Origin: Macrostomum lignano
Lineage: Eukaryota
Direction: 5' to 3'
Assembly (NCBI GenBank): GCA_002269645.1
Contig: NIVC01001104.1
Coordinates: 293,447-357,446 of the forward strand
Length of the DNA stretch: 64,000 nt
The position numbers and the translations under genes are program-made. The notes below the pieces were generated by a model. That model was not told where the DNA came from. It saw only the letters and a program-made list of their open reading frames with translations, and ran no database searches. Shown piece by piece: positions 24,101-42,018 of the stretch (positions are counted from its first letter, which is position 1; every line of letters starts with the position of its first letter).

Positions 24101-26637
24101 TTTCTGCACGTTTAGCACGTTTTTTATTTTCACCTCCGTCAGAGAGCCGGACTTCAGGTGCACAGCGTCGTGGTTAACGTCCGGGAAGGTGTCGCCGTCG
24201 TGAATTGTGAGGATGGCGCCCGAGAGCTGCGTGTTGATGTCCTGAGGGCATTGTGGCCAGTGACTGTGGTCAAAGACCAAAAGCACGGAATGGAATGGCT
24301 TGAGGGCTAGCAGGAGAGTGTGACGACAAGAAATCAATGTGCAAATGTTGTTTGCGTGCAAAGCGCAGAGCATCCCAGGACTGTGCACAGTTTACAAGAT
24401 ATAAAAATTCTGGGACTAGGAAGGTTTGCAACTCCGTGTGTCTACGGCAACTAAATTTGCCACCTCGCTCACAATCGCTGCTTGGAGGGTTGACTCAAAC
24501 AGAGTCCTATTCAGCTATGTACTAACCACAGCCAACTATGCATAACTTGCAAGCTGGCAAAAAATGCCAGGTTAGGGTTAGGGTCGGCAGGCGATTGTCA
24601 TTGACCCCACCCCTCCACCAAAAAAAAATCCGCTTGCAGAACCCAGATATCGAATAAGGGTCAGGTCAGCTGTCGGCGATGTCAGATGGCGTCAGTCGAC
24701 TAAGAGAGGGTCAGGCTAGACGTATCAAAAGTTGTTTGTCAGTGCCATTGACGGGCTGGTTTGAAGGAGGTCACGGAACTTGCGAACAGAAATTGGGAAG
24801 AATTTTTAAACTTTTTCTAAGTTGCATCTCGCTTTTTCAGAGTTCTGTTTTGTTTGCTGTAGATAAGAGCCAAGTGATGACGTGAACCATTGCCCTCAGC
24901 GAACTTGGCGACAAACACACTTGCAATTCGTCTGCTTGTCACATTTGACTGGCAATTATAAGAACCGCAGATTATTACCAACGAGCGAAAAAGCTTTTTA
25001 GACACGAAACGGTTTGAAATAATTGACTGCGACGCATCGCCAAACAGCAAAAAATCACTTTGACAATTAATCAGAACAGCCAGGCAGCCTAATGGCGAGG
25101 TTTTGTCATTTTGCTTCCGGATAATTAGCCCAAATTGGCTGCTGACAATTTGCTGTGGTTTACATGCTCTAGAAGCTAAGGGACTTCTGTATGTCAGATG
25201 TCTGCTGACATCCCACAGCTTCCACTGAACAATTACCAGGTCCGGCGTCATCAGACATGCGAACCGCACACTTCCATTCCTGAGCAGCAGCATTGCATCT
25301 CATGCACTATCGGAGCAGTCAGGGCGCCAACGAAGAGACGAGCAGTCATGGCCATTCCGCCGGACCCTGAGCACACACGGACACAGATGCGTCCATAGGT
25401 GCAATCATGTTCGCACTCTTAGCAGATCTGCCTCTTCAACAAACTGCAAAAGGGGAGCTCACCTGCAGATAGCAGTCAACGCATTCAAAGTTGTCGGGTC
25501 CCCATTCGTTGTCCAAGTAGACAGACATCTCCACCAATGTGGTATCGTTCCGCAATGACTCGGCAATGTCCAGAGTGAAGCAGTTCAGAAAGCTGGCATG
25601 CCTGAACGCGTGAAAAGTGCCCGCCGACACGTCCGCTCTGCCGGGCCCGTAGTCAGGCGAGCAGAAGAACTGATTCCTGGCGCTGCCGTTCCTTATAACT
25701 GCCCGACAATCCAGCACGAAGTCCTGGAGCCGATGACCCAAGTTCAGGCTGTCATTTTTTGGCAGGCTTTCCAGGAAAGCGGCAAGACCGAACGACCCGG
25801 AGAAACTGTAGTAAATGTGCTTTGTACTTTCGTTGCTATAGTACAAATGGCGGGTGAGGCCTTCCACGGACCTGGAAAAAATACAAATGATCGCAGGAGG
25901 TCTGCATGCATCCTGGCGCAACGCTTACGGCGACAGGGTCCCAAAGTGAGCACTGAGGCCATTCTGCCTATTTCGCTGCCTCCTGAGCACAGACAAGCGC
26001 GCAGGCACACCCTCATGCACTCGCTCACACAGGGTGTACAGCAGCCCTGACTTTCTAATCGTCAGGCATGTACATTCTCTGTCCCTTGGGGGGCTGGCCT
26101 TCATGGGGGTGAATCGCACAACCCTCGGGGGCAATTATGGTGCACAAGCCACACATGAATGCGACCGCACGCGGATTCGAACCATGGGTCGTGGCGCAAG
26201 AGTCAGACGCGTTCACCGCTGCCCTGTTCTGCCCCTACGAACCTGGAGAACTGTCTGGGGTTCTTCCAACCCAGCTGGCTCAGCAGGTCTTTGCCAGGCG
26301 TTGACAGAGGCCGCATGTTGCAGATGGTCAACGAGGGGAACGGCGAGCTGGCGTCCTTGAGCACCCGTGGCGGGTGCATGACATCGTACTCGAGAAACTG
26401 GTTAACCAAGAAGGTGAGGCACAGCAGGCAGCTCACAAACAACGCCAGAACGGACACCAGCCAGAGAGTGCGGATGCGTCGAGAGTCCGACTTCACTATG
26501 CGCGGCAGGCCGCGGATGGTTGTGTTCTGGCAGAAGCGGATGAACTCCCGGCGAAGTTCGACACCCGCGGCTGAGCTTTGAATGTCCCGACGATCGGGAC
26601 AGCTTTCCAGGCGGTTCTGGCGCCTGCGGATGGACAT
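21133..26637 (-). CDS. DEG/ENaC/ASIC-family amiloride-sensitive channel subunit (611 aa). Exons 26637-26243, 25871-25463, 24241-23591, 21513-21133
   Basis: [13 protein letters not shown] pre-TM1 segment, TM1 [22 protein letters not shown], Cys-rich thumb ([12 protein letters not shown]...CGC...[10 protein letters not shown]), TM2 [22 protein letters not shown]. Exons join in phase 2,0,0 at GT-AG sites for a total of 1836 nt. Confidence 0.92.
21555..23570. repeat. 21-bp GATTCTCATGGGGTGGTGTGC array (21555-22355) and GTGTCTCA satellite (22640-23570) in DEG/ENaC intron 3
   Basis: Direct inspection. Confidence 0.95.
25320..25390 (-). mobile_element. Possible truncated 3' fragment of the same SINE family in DEG/ENaC intron 2
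   Basis: Collinear short matches to copy A on the plus strand: GGCGC(C)AACG, GGCCATTC(C/T)GCC, CCTGAGCACA(C/G)AC. Confidence 0.35.
25872..26236 (-). mobile_element. tRNA-derived SINE, copy A, filling DEG/ENaC intron 1
   Basis: Minus-strand head GGGGCAGAACAGGGCAGCGGTGAACGCGTCTGACTC...GGTTCGAATCC with a B box at 26183-26173. The body is homologous to copy B (TGTACATGCCT, CCTGTGTGAG, TGCGCGCTTGT, CTCAGG blocks). Confidence 0.7.
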
Positions 26638-27020
26638 TTTATGGTGCAGCTGCGGCTGACGAGGATATCAAGCTATGCTGAGACGAAAGGAGGCAGCCGC
26701 GGGCTCTAATAAATGTAAATAGCTGTCTGCTCCCAGCGATTTTATTGGACCTTTGGTCCGCCGGTTTAATCTGGAATGATTGGCTGCGCAGTGCCAGTTT
26801 CCGCAGCAGGAGTTTCAAACACGCACACTCACTCACTGTCTAACATGCAATTAGAAAATTTCACAGAGGGCCAATTAGTTGATAAAAAATTTGAAAAATC
26901 CATCCAGCTCGTAAATTCCGCAGTTAAAACCGGCTTCCAAGTGGAATTTTCTCGATTTCCTTAATTCTCTGTTTCTAACAGTTTTATAGGATTGGATTAG
27001 CGGAGATTTATCGTCGATCT

Positions 27021-27500
27021 TCATTCCAGCTCCTTGCTGCACCAAGCGCTGAGGTGCCTAAACCTCCAGCTAGCGGCATCCGGTCCTTCAATATGATAAA
27101 ATAGACCTTTAGTCTCCGCTTTGACAGATGCGGAGTAGAAATACAAAGCAGCGCCAAAAGCTGTCAAAAGAGGGCAGCCTTCTCTTCTGACAGTCTTCTC
27201 TTCTGACAGACTTCTCTTCTGACAGACTTCTCTCCTGACAGCCTTCTCTCCTGACAGCCTTCTCTCCTGACAGCCTTCTATCCTGACAGCCTTCTATCCT
27301 GACATCCTTCTAGCTTGACATCCTTCTAGCCTGACACCCTTCTAGCCTGAGGTCTTTCTAGCCTGACATCAGCCGAGGTGATGTCTTCGTTCAGACGCTT
27401 GCAGAAATGACGTGGTGCGGCGTTGTTGGGCAAATGGGGAGTTACGTTTTGTAGTGAAAAGTCTCTGGAGGAAGCCATGACTAGTTATGACCATGCACAT
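27021..27500 (-). CDS. Candidate small protein (64 aa). Exons 27500-27446, 27160-27021
   Basis: ATG at 27500; donor C|GTAACT; pyrimidine-rich acceptor CTCTTTTGACAG; the phase-1 join gives an open frame; a short GTAAGT..CTACAG intron lies upstream. No homology recognised. Confidence 0.25.
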
Positions 27501-30500
27501 CTCTCTGAGGTCTGTAGTTTTACTTAAGAAGATCATGTATTCGGATACTTACCGGTTTATTGCAGGCATCGCAGCGCGAGTTTGCCGATATTCGGAGCAG
27601 CTGTTCCAGTGCAGCGGGTGTTTGTGGCTCGGCAAATTTTGTATGGCACGGTTTTTCGGGGCTGGACGCACTGGACGGAAGGACGAGCGGTGCGCACTGC
27701 CCGTGGTGTTGATATCCTCCTAGCCTGACATCCCTTTAGCCTGACATCCCTTTAGCCTGACATCCCTTTAGCCTGACATCCCTTTAGCCTGACATCCCTT
27801 AGCCTGATATCCCTCAAGCCTGACATCCCTCCAGCCTGACATCCCTCTAGCCTGACATCCCTCTAGCCTGACATCCCTCCAGCCTGACATCCCTCAAGCC
27901 TGACATCCTCCTAGCCTGACATCCTCCTAGCCTGACATCCTCCTAGCCTGACATCCTCCTATCCTGACATCCCTCTAGCTCGACACCCTTCTAGCCTGAC
28001 GTCCTTCTAGCCTGACATCCTCTGAGCCTGACATCCTCCTGGCCTGACATCCTCCCAGCCTGATAGCCCGAAAACCCTACCTCTATAACCCTAGCTCCAA
28101 CCTGGCGGCCATTATTTAGTCTGACAACCCTACCTCTATAACCCTAGCTCCAACCTGGCAGCCATTATTTAGCCTGACAACCCTACCTCTATAACCCTAG
28201 CTCCAACCTGGCAGCCATTATTTAGCCTGACAACCCTACCTATATAACCCTAGCTCCAACCTGGCAGCCATTATTTAGCCTGACAACCCTACCTCTATAA
28301 CCCTAGCTCCAACCTGACAGCCATTATTTAGCCTGACAACCCTACCTCTATAACCCTAGCTCCAACCTGGCGGCCATTATTTAGCCTGACAACCCTACCT
28401 CTATAACCCTAGCTCCAACCTCGCAAGCCTCTGAACTGGCACCTGTCCTAAAGCAACCTGGAGAATGTCTCTGCCAATCTGGTTAGTGCATCGGTGAGAA
28501 ACCGCAACTCGCTGACTGCAATCAGCAGTCACAGCTCAAGCTGCTCCTTGCTCACCAGTTATTCGTGCTGACGGACAAGACAAGATGCTATTCTTAGCAA
28601 AAAGGACACCTTGATGCAATTAGAGAATCAGTGGCTGGCCTTGGGACAATCAGCATAATTTCATTACTGGTCTCAAAATTAACTTTGGTCAATTCAATTT
28701 AGAAAGGTGAGGCCGTTATCAACTTTTCTCGAAGGCAAAAGTAGAGATGCGATAAAAAGGAGCGGGACCAGTGATATTCAAATAGATGCTGGAATCGAGA
28801 CGAGATGGATAAAGCTGAGATTAGATGTAAGAAACGGGAAGAGACAGGAGAGACGGAAAAAAATTGGATAAATGAGGCTGGGTGGGAGAGATGAGACTGG
28901 GTGGGAGATATGTGATTAGATTTGAGAGATGTGACTAGATGAGAGACATGAGACTAGGTAGGAGAGATGAGAGTAGCTAGTAATGTGACTAGATGGGAGA
29001 CGTGTGACTAGGTAGGAGAGATGTGACTAGGTAGGAGAGATGTGACTAGATGGGAGACGTGTGACTAGGTAGGAGAGATGTGACTAGATGGGAGACGTGT
29101 GACTAGTTAGTAGATATGTGACTAGATGGGAGACGTGAGACTAGTTAGTAGATATGTGACTAGATGGGAGACGTGTGACTAGATAGGAGAGATGTGACTA
29201 GATGGGAGACGTGTGACTAGGTAGGCGAGATGAGACTAGGTGGAAGAGATGGGACTAGATGGGAGAGATAAGACTAGATAGGAGATGAGACTGGATGATA
29301 GAGATGAGACTACTAGATAGGAGAGATGAAACGATATGGAAAAATAAGGTGAGATGGAAGAACTGCATACACCATACCTTCATGTTCATTGCTTGTATAT
29401 TCCAGTTTACGAGCTATATTGCACAGAAACATACTGGACTTATTAGAGAAATTAGAGGGGAGGGGGCACTGCCTCCCGCTTGGCCTAGGCCTGAGATGTG
29501 AACATCTTAATACAAAAATTATGGACCATTTCTATTTGAGATACTACTGCCAAAAGTAGACAGTAAAGACCTCAGGCTCTGAAACTTTTTTAAAGTCCAG
29601 CAGGCAGAAAGATATGAGTTGCCCCTTGTCCCTGTGGATTCACTCAGCCATTGATAACTCAGAAAAACCCTCAGACCTGCCCCAATACCCCAGAGACCTG
29701 CCGCAATACCCCAGAGAACTGCTGCAATACCCCCCAGACACCTGCCCTAATACTCCCAGACACCTGCCCCAATATCCGCAGGCACCTGCCCCAATACCTC
29801 CAGACACCTGCCCCAATACTCCCAGACACCTGCCCCAATACCTCCAGACACCTGCCCCAATACTCCCAGACACCTGCCCCAATACCCCCAGACACCTGCC
29901 CCGACACCCGCAGGCACCTGCCCCAATACTTCTAGACACCTGCCCCAATACTCCCAGATACCTGCCCCAATACCCGCAGACACCTGCCCCAATACCTCCA
30001 GACACCTGCCCCAATACTCCCAGACACCTGCCCCAATACTCCCAGACACCTGCCCCAATATCCGCAGACACCTGCCCCAATACCTCCAGACACCTGCCCC
30101 AATACTCCCAGACACCTGCCCCAATACCTCCAGACACCTGCCCCAATATCCGCAGACACCTGCCCCAATACTCCCAGACACCTGCCCCAATACCCCCAGA
30201 CACCTGCTCGCAACAACAATCCGTTTGTAAAGTCCAAAGCTAAGTCTAGCATTGGCTTAATACCCAAAAATCCCCCCCAAGTTATCCAAAACTCTAATCC
30301 GGCATCAACTTTCAGTTTTAAAAAAATCGTCTAGTTATTTTAGCGTCGTTCAAAGCGATAGAAATAAAAAACATGGAGGCAAAATTTTGTCAAACATCTG
30401 GAAAGCATATTTAATGGGCTCCGAGGGAAGCGAATGAAATAAATTCTTTTCTACTCCCCTCCCTCCCCCAGCCGCTCTCCTCAGGTTGCTGGCTAGCTTT

Positions 30501-31125
30501 CCTGCTCTGCGTTGTCAGCAGCATTGGATCTCGCTAGGATTCTCATCCCCTTTGAAATTTGATATGCTTTGCAATTGTAGCATCAACAAAATCAGCGCTT
30601 CATTTGTACCCACTGGCCTGCTTCTGCGCATTTTTACAGCCATTTGTAGCATGATGCCTCTGGCCTGACAGTCCTGACAACCCTCCAGCCTGACAACCCT
30701 CCAGCCTGACAACCCTCCAGCCTGACAACCCTCCAGCCTGACAACCCTCCAGCCTGACAACCCTCCAGCCTGACAACCCTCCAGCCTGACAACCCTCCAG
30801 CCTGACAACCCTACAGCCTGACAACCCTCCAGCCTGACAACCCTCCAGCCTGACAACCCTCCAGCCTGACAACCCTACAGCCTGACAACCCTCCAGCCTG
30901 ACAACCCTCCAGCCTGACAACCCTCCAGCCTGACAACCCTCCAGCCTGACAGTCCTCCAGCCTGACAACCCTCCAGCCTGACAACCCTCCAGCCTGACAA
31001 CCCTCCAGCCTGACAACCCTCCAGCCTGACAACCCTCCAGCCTGACAACCCTCCAGCCTGACAACCCTCCAGCCTGACAACCCTCCAGCCTGACAACCCT
31101 ACAGCCTGACAACCCTCCAGCCTCG
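27175..31125. repeat. Cluster of arrays: 16-bp CCTGACATCC-type (27175-27370, 27715-28065), 53-bp repeat (28070-28420), GAGATGTGACTAG-type (28870-29330), 22-bp CAGACACCTGCCCCAATACTCC (29670-30205), 16-bp CAGCCTGACAACCCTC (30660-31125)
   Basis: Direct inspection. Confidence 0.9.
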
Positions 31126-32119
31126 GGTAAAAACTTTCTAACTGGGTAGATTAAATGTCTCTAAATATAGGTAATTACTTCATTGTATACTTTTACAGTA
31201 ATAATAGTAAAAATGCCTGAAAACTATCACTAGAGCCAATTGTCACAACATTTCACAACCGGAAAGTGTAGATTTCTGCAACTCCCGTGCCGGACTTGAT
31301 TTAGGAACGGAACGGCAGAGTCCGGCTGTCTGCCCGGTGCTCTCTGCCGGCTAAAAGCAATAACCTGCTGGAAGCGGGAAATTCTGCCCGCAGGGTCACA
31401 GCACTCGCTTACACACAGGCGCTACAACACTGCTCCCCTTTGGCACTCCTCTCCTCATCTATTGTCTCCGGTCGTAGCTTCACTCTCACTTCTGCTTCAC
31501 TTTCACCCCTGCTTCACTCTCACCTCTGCTTCACTCTCACCCCTGCTTCACTCTCACCTTTGCTTCACTCTCACCTCCTCCCACTGTCACCTTCCCTTTC
31601 AACTCTTCCTTTCGGAGCAGCCGCTTCCCAATAGGCTAAGATTTAACGTACGGAGAAGTTGTCCCCGCCTCAGGATTGGCTAGTAGCAAGCCAGAGAAAA
31701 ATCTCCCAGCCCTGCAAAGTCTTTACCCCATCTCCCCCCGCGTTGCCCCACCCAGTCTTTCTAAGAAAATAAGGTGAGAAACGTGGCAGCTATAACAGAA
31801 AATAATCTTCGCAAAGAATATCCCTGGCAATTCAGCTTTAGTTCTGCTCTTCTCTCATCATTGAGTCGCCTTTAGGCCTTTGACACAAAAGGACTAGCAA
31901 ATATCTGATACAGGTGAGAGTTAAGGCTTGTGTTATCTTTATAACTTGTATACCGTATCATATACAGTAACGGAGGTAGACAAAGGAAAACAGAAAGTGA
32001 CAGAGGGAGACACGGAGAGAGGACAGAGGGTAAAAGAGAGTGACAGAAGAAGACAGAAGGAGACAGGGAAAGGGGAAGACGGAGAGCGAGAGAGTGATAA
32101 AGAGTGACAGTGGGAGACA

Positions 32120-38120
<6,001 letters not shown>

Positions 38121-39434
38121 TAACTCTATAGCTAGATATCTCTTTCAAACCACTATCATTTTAATGCATGCATTGATGCACTGAAGGCAGCAGGCAAAAG
38201 TACACCAGTGATTAGTGCTACCTTTTAGTCAGTAAAGTTGGTGCCAGCAACAAACTGCGCGGCTAGCTAAAAACGCGGAACCTCGACTTGGCAAAGATGC
38301 CCGCAGAATAAGATTAAGTGCGACTGAAAAAGTCTCCACGTGACCGATTTCTACCCCCCCCCCTTCTCTAGATATCTCTTTGACATGACTCTACTTTTCA
38401 TTCTTCTCCCTTTCTGAACAAGATTTAGCTGGCCAGCCAAGCAGGAAAAAGCCCCCCCCCCGAGGCGCGAGCCATAAGGAACGAATAAAAAAGGCAAATT
38501 TGGCTCCCGCGTAGCCAGGCGTTGGTCACGGGGTTGAAGCAATTGAATCAAATGGCCAGCATGATGTGTTCAGCCATGGAGGAAAAAAGCGCTTTATCTA
38601 GCTCAGTACATCTGAGTTCTGAAACTTTGCGGCCCGTTCTTCTCTGCCTTTTCCTTGAAGTTTTATTCCTGACGAAGGCTGCACTGCAAAACTCTGCTTG
38701 CTGACTGCATAAATTTGGTGTCGAGTTTCTCTGCTCCTCGAACTTCTTGAAGCGCTTTTGGTCGCGCACCAAGAGAAGGGATGAAGGAGAGAGGCTGGGG
38801 GGTCACTAGGGGGCAGTGGAGTCTGCGGTTTGGCCTCCGTGATTGGCGAGCTTGAGCATAGCGTGAGTCCATGCTAATCAGGCCTCAATTACAGCCCAGT
38901 ACTCCGGCTGCTCAAAAGCCGCACTTAGTCAGCGCTCCAAGATTGTAGCTATCTTGTCTCCTGCTTCCTCCCCTTTCTCCTCTCTGGGGAGAATCGGCAT
39001 CGCTCTCACTCGGCTTCAATTTCCGGGCCAGTGGGGTATTGGAGCCGCAAATTTTTTTGCCTGAAAGTCCTGTCAGCTCAGTGATTTCTTGGAAAACCCT
39101 CGGACCCGACCCAGTGCACCCTTCAATCATGGAGATTGCTCTGGGGCTGGGATGTTTCAAGTGCTTCGATTTTCCTGCCAATGTTGCTGCCCCTTGCAGC
39201 AGACAGACAGATGATAATACATGTGTGTGGCCTGCTCTCATAACTGTATAGATTAGATGGGGCAGTCTGCAATTTCCTGAGATCATGTTAGAGTGAGTTG
39301 ATAATGATAGAGTGAGCGGATGATGATCTTTAGTGTTTCAATCAACCATTCTAGAAACATGCAGTCTCTTGTGCAGAGGCCAAATAGGTACAGAATACTC
39401 ACGACACTCTGTGTCACGTGACTCTGTGTCATCT

Positions 39435-41823
39435 CTCTGGACCAGAGAGATGGGGAAGGGGTGACCAGAGAGATGGGGAAGGGGTGACCAGAGAGATGGG
39501 GAAGGGGTGACCAGAGAGATGGGAAAGGGGTGACCAGAGAGATGGGAAAGGGGTGACCAGAGAGATGGGGAAGGGGTGACCAGAGAGATGGGGAAGGGGT
39601 GACCAGAGAGATGGGGAAGGGGTGACCAGAGAGATGGGGAAGGGGTGACCAGAGAGATGGGGAAGGGGGTGACCAGAGAGATGAGGAAGGGGTGACCAGA
39701 GAGATGGGGAGGGGTGACCAGAGAGATGGGGAAGGGTTGACACGTGACACAGTGACATGGGAAGAAGCGAAGCCAGAACACTGCAAGAGTGAGTCTGGCG
39801 GCAATGCAGAAATAAAAGAATACTTACCGACTGCTTTCGTGTGCAATTATTTAGAAGCCAGCAGCACAGGGCAGATGAGAGGGAAGTCGGAGTCTGGGGC
39901 ATAACGAGAGGGAGGTTGAAAGGTTTTCCATTGCGAGGCCATTAATTGTGAACAGAAGCCAGCTGTCACACAATGAGACACTTGACATCTCTGTCTGTCT
40001 GTCTGTCTCTGTGTCTAACCTGCCTCCCTCATCCGAGAAGCGTAAGAGTTATGGGATAATTTCCTAATTAGCATCCTAGAGAGACAACTCTGGCCCGTGT
40101 GCTGTTAGTGCGGTGCAGACTAACGGCATTGATGGCCACTAGCATTTGGATTCTTTGCCGCAAAAATATTCTCTTTCAATTACGGTGTAGGTAATATTAA
40201 CTTTTCCTGCCTCTCCTGAACTGACTATAAGCTTTCATTTCAAGTCTCGGTTTATGAATTTTGGGGCCTAAAACCCACAAATTCACCACAGGTGAGCCTA
40301 AAACCCACAAATTCACCACTGGTGAGGCTGAAACCCACTCTATTCACCACAGGTGAGGCTGAAACCTCACTGTATTCACCACAGGTGAGGCTGAAACCTC
40401 ACTGTATTCACCACAGGTGAGGCTGAAACCTCACTGTATTCACCACAGGTGAGGCTGAAACCTCACTGTATTCACCACAGGTGAGGCTGAAACCTCACTG
40501 TATTCACCACAGGTGAGGCTGAAACCTCACTGTATTCACCACAGGTGAGGCTGAAACCCACTCTATTCACCACAAGTGGGGCTGAAACCCACTATATTAA
40601 CCACAGGTGAGGCTGAAGCCCACTATATTCACCACAGGTGAGGCTGAAGCCCACTATATTCACCACAGGTGAGGCTGAAGCCCACTATATTCACCACAGG
40701 TGAGGCTGAAGCCCACTATATTCACCAGAGGTGGAATTTACTGAAAAAAATCCCTAAACACCTGGCTACTTAAAAGTGCCCTTCTAGTTTCTGGGTCACT
40801 GAACGGCTTGCGAGTCTAACAAAGGTCATAATTACAGCAGCAAGGGTTGCCAGTACAAATTATTTTATTACATTTGCTAGTTAGAAAATCTTGCCCCAAA
40901 GAAAATTTACTGCTGGCTAGGGTCAGTGGCAGCTGTGCTTGGTCGCTAACGTTAGGATGCCAGCCAGTGTCCCTGGAAATACAATTCCCATCTGGAATTC
41001 GCCAGGCACAAGGGCCAAAAGTCAGACTGCAATGCATCCGTTTGAATTTTGTTGCTAAGGTGGATTTCACTACCCCTGATGGCCGTGCAAATCCTTTCTC
41101 TCGATACCATTGGCCTTCTGTGATGCCATTCTGCCTTCTGTGATGCCATTCTGCCTTCTGTGATGCCATTCTGCCTTCTGTGATGCCATTCTGCCTTCTG
41201 TGATGCCATTCTGCCTTCTGTGATGCCATTCTGCCTTCTTTGATGCCATTCTGCCTTTTGTGATGCCATTCTGCCTTCTTTGATGCCATTCTGCCTTCTG
41301 TGATGCCATTCTGCCTTCTGTGATGCCATTCTGCCTTCTGTGATGCCATTCTGCCTTCTGTGATGCCATTCTGCCTTTTGTGATGCCATTCTGCCTTCTT
41401 TGATGCCATTCTGCCTTCTGTGATGCCATTCTGCCTTCTGTGATGCCATTCTTGCTACTTCTCTGTTATCTCTTGCGCCATCAGTTCAGCCTCTGGCACA
41501 ACCCCCATTTCTGTCCACACTCTTGCAACTGCCTTCTCCTAGCCCAGCTGCAGTTTCGGGATCAAACTGAAACCAAATTTGAGTAGCTATGTCTTGCCAC
41601 GCAAACTTGATGAAGGCCCTCCCATGTTTACCTGCCGTGCGGGAACTGCAGTTGATGGATGGAAGTGAGCGGAGAGCTCACACCTTGCACCTGGAAATCT
41701 GTGCTCAGGGAAGAGACGACTAGATGAATGAGTTTGACCCTTTACCGAGTAAAACATTTATAAGATAAATAGAGATTGAGATTTATACTCGTTATGTGGC
41801 TGCTATATACTTCTTTCCTTTTG

Positions 41824-41866
<43 letters not shown>

Positions 41867-41913
41867 AACTACTACTACTACTACTACTACTGCTACTACT
41901 ACTACTGCTACTA

Positions 41914-41960
<47 letters not shown>

Positions 41961-41985
41961 GCTGCTACTACTACTGCCATGACTA
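39435..41985. repeat. Arrays: 23-bp GAGATGGGGAAGGGGTGACCAGA (39435-39740), 31/32-bp hairpin repeat (40265-40735), 20-bp TGATGCCATTCTGCCTTCTG (41115-41450), (TAC)n (41823-41985)
   Basis: Direct inspection. Confidence 0.9.
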
Positions 41986-42018
41986 CTGCCCACCTCACCA
42001 AACAGGCATCTCAGCGCC

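Noticed and set aside
28454-28571. Plus-strand Ser-rich terminal exon candidate (NLENVSANL...TSYSC*)
   Set aside because: No upstream partner exon found; acceptor is weak.
38548-38772. Minus-strand 74-aa ORF and neighbouring 60-120 aa ORFs at 38.3-39.3 kb
   Set aside because: No motifs and no consistent splice chain; could be chance ORFs.
40265-40735. CRISPR-like palindromic 32-bp repeats (also the 53-bp repeat at 28070-28420 and the 20-bp repeat at 13155-13640)
   Set aside because: No unique spacers, no cas genes, and a eukaryotic spliceosomal context.
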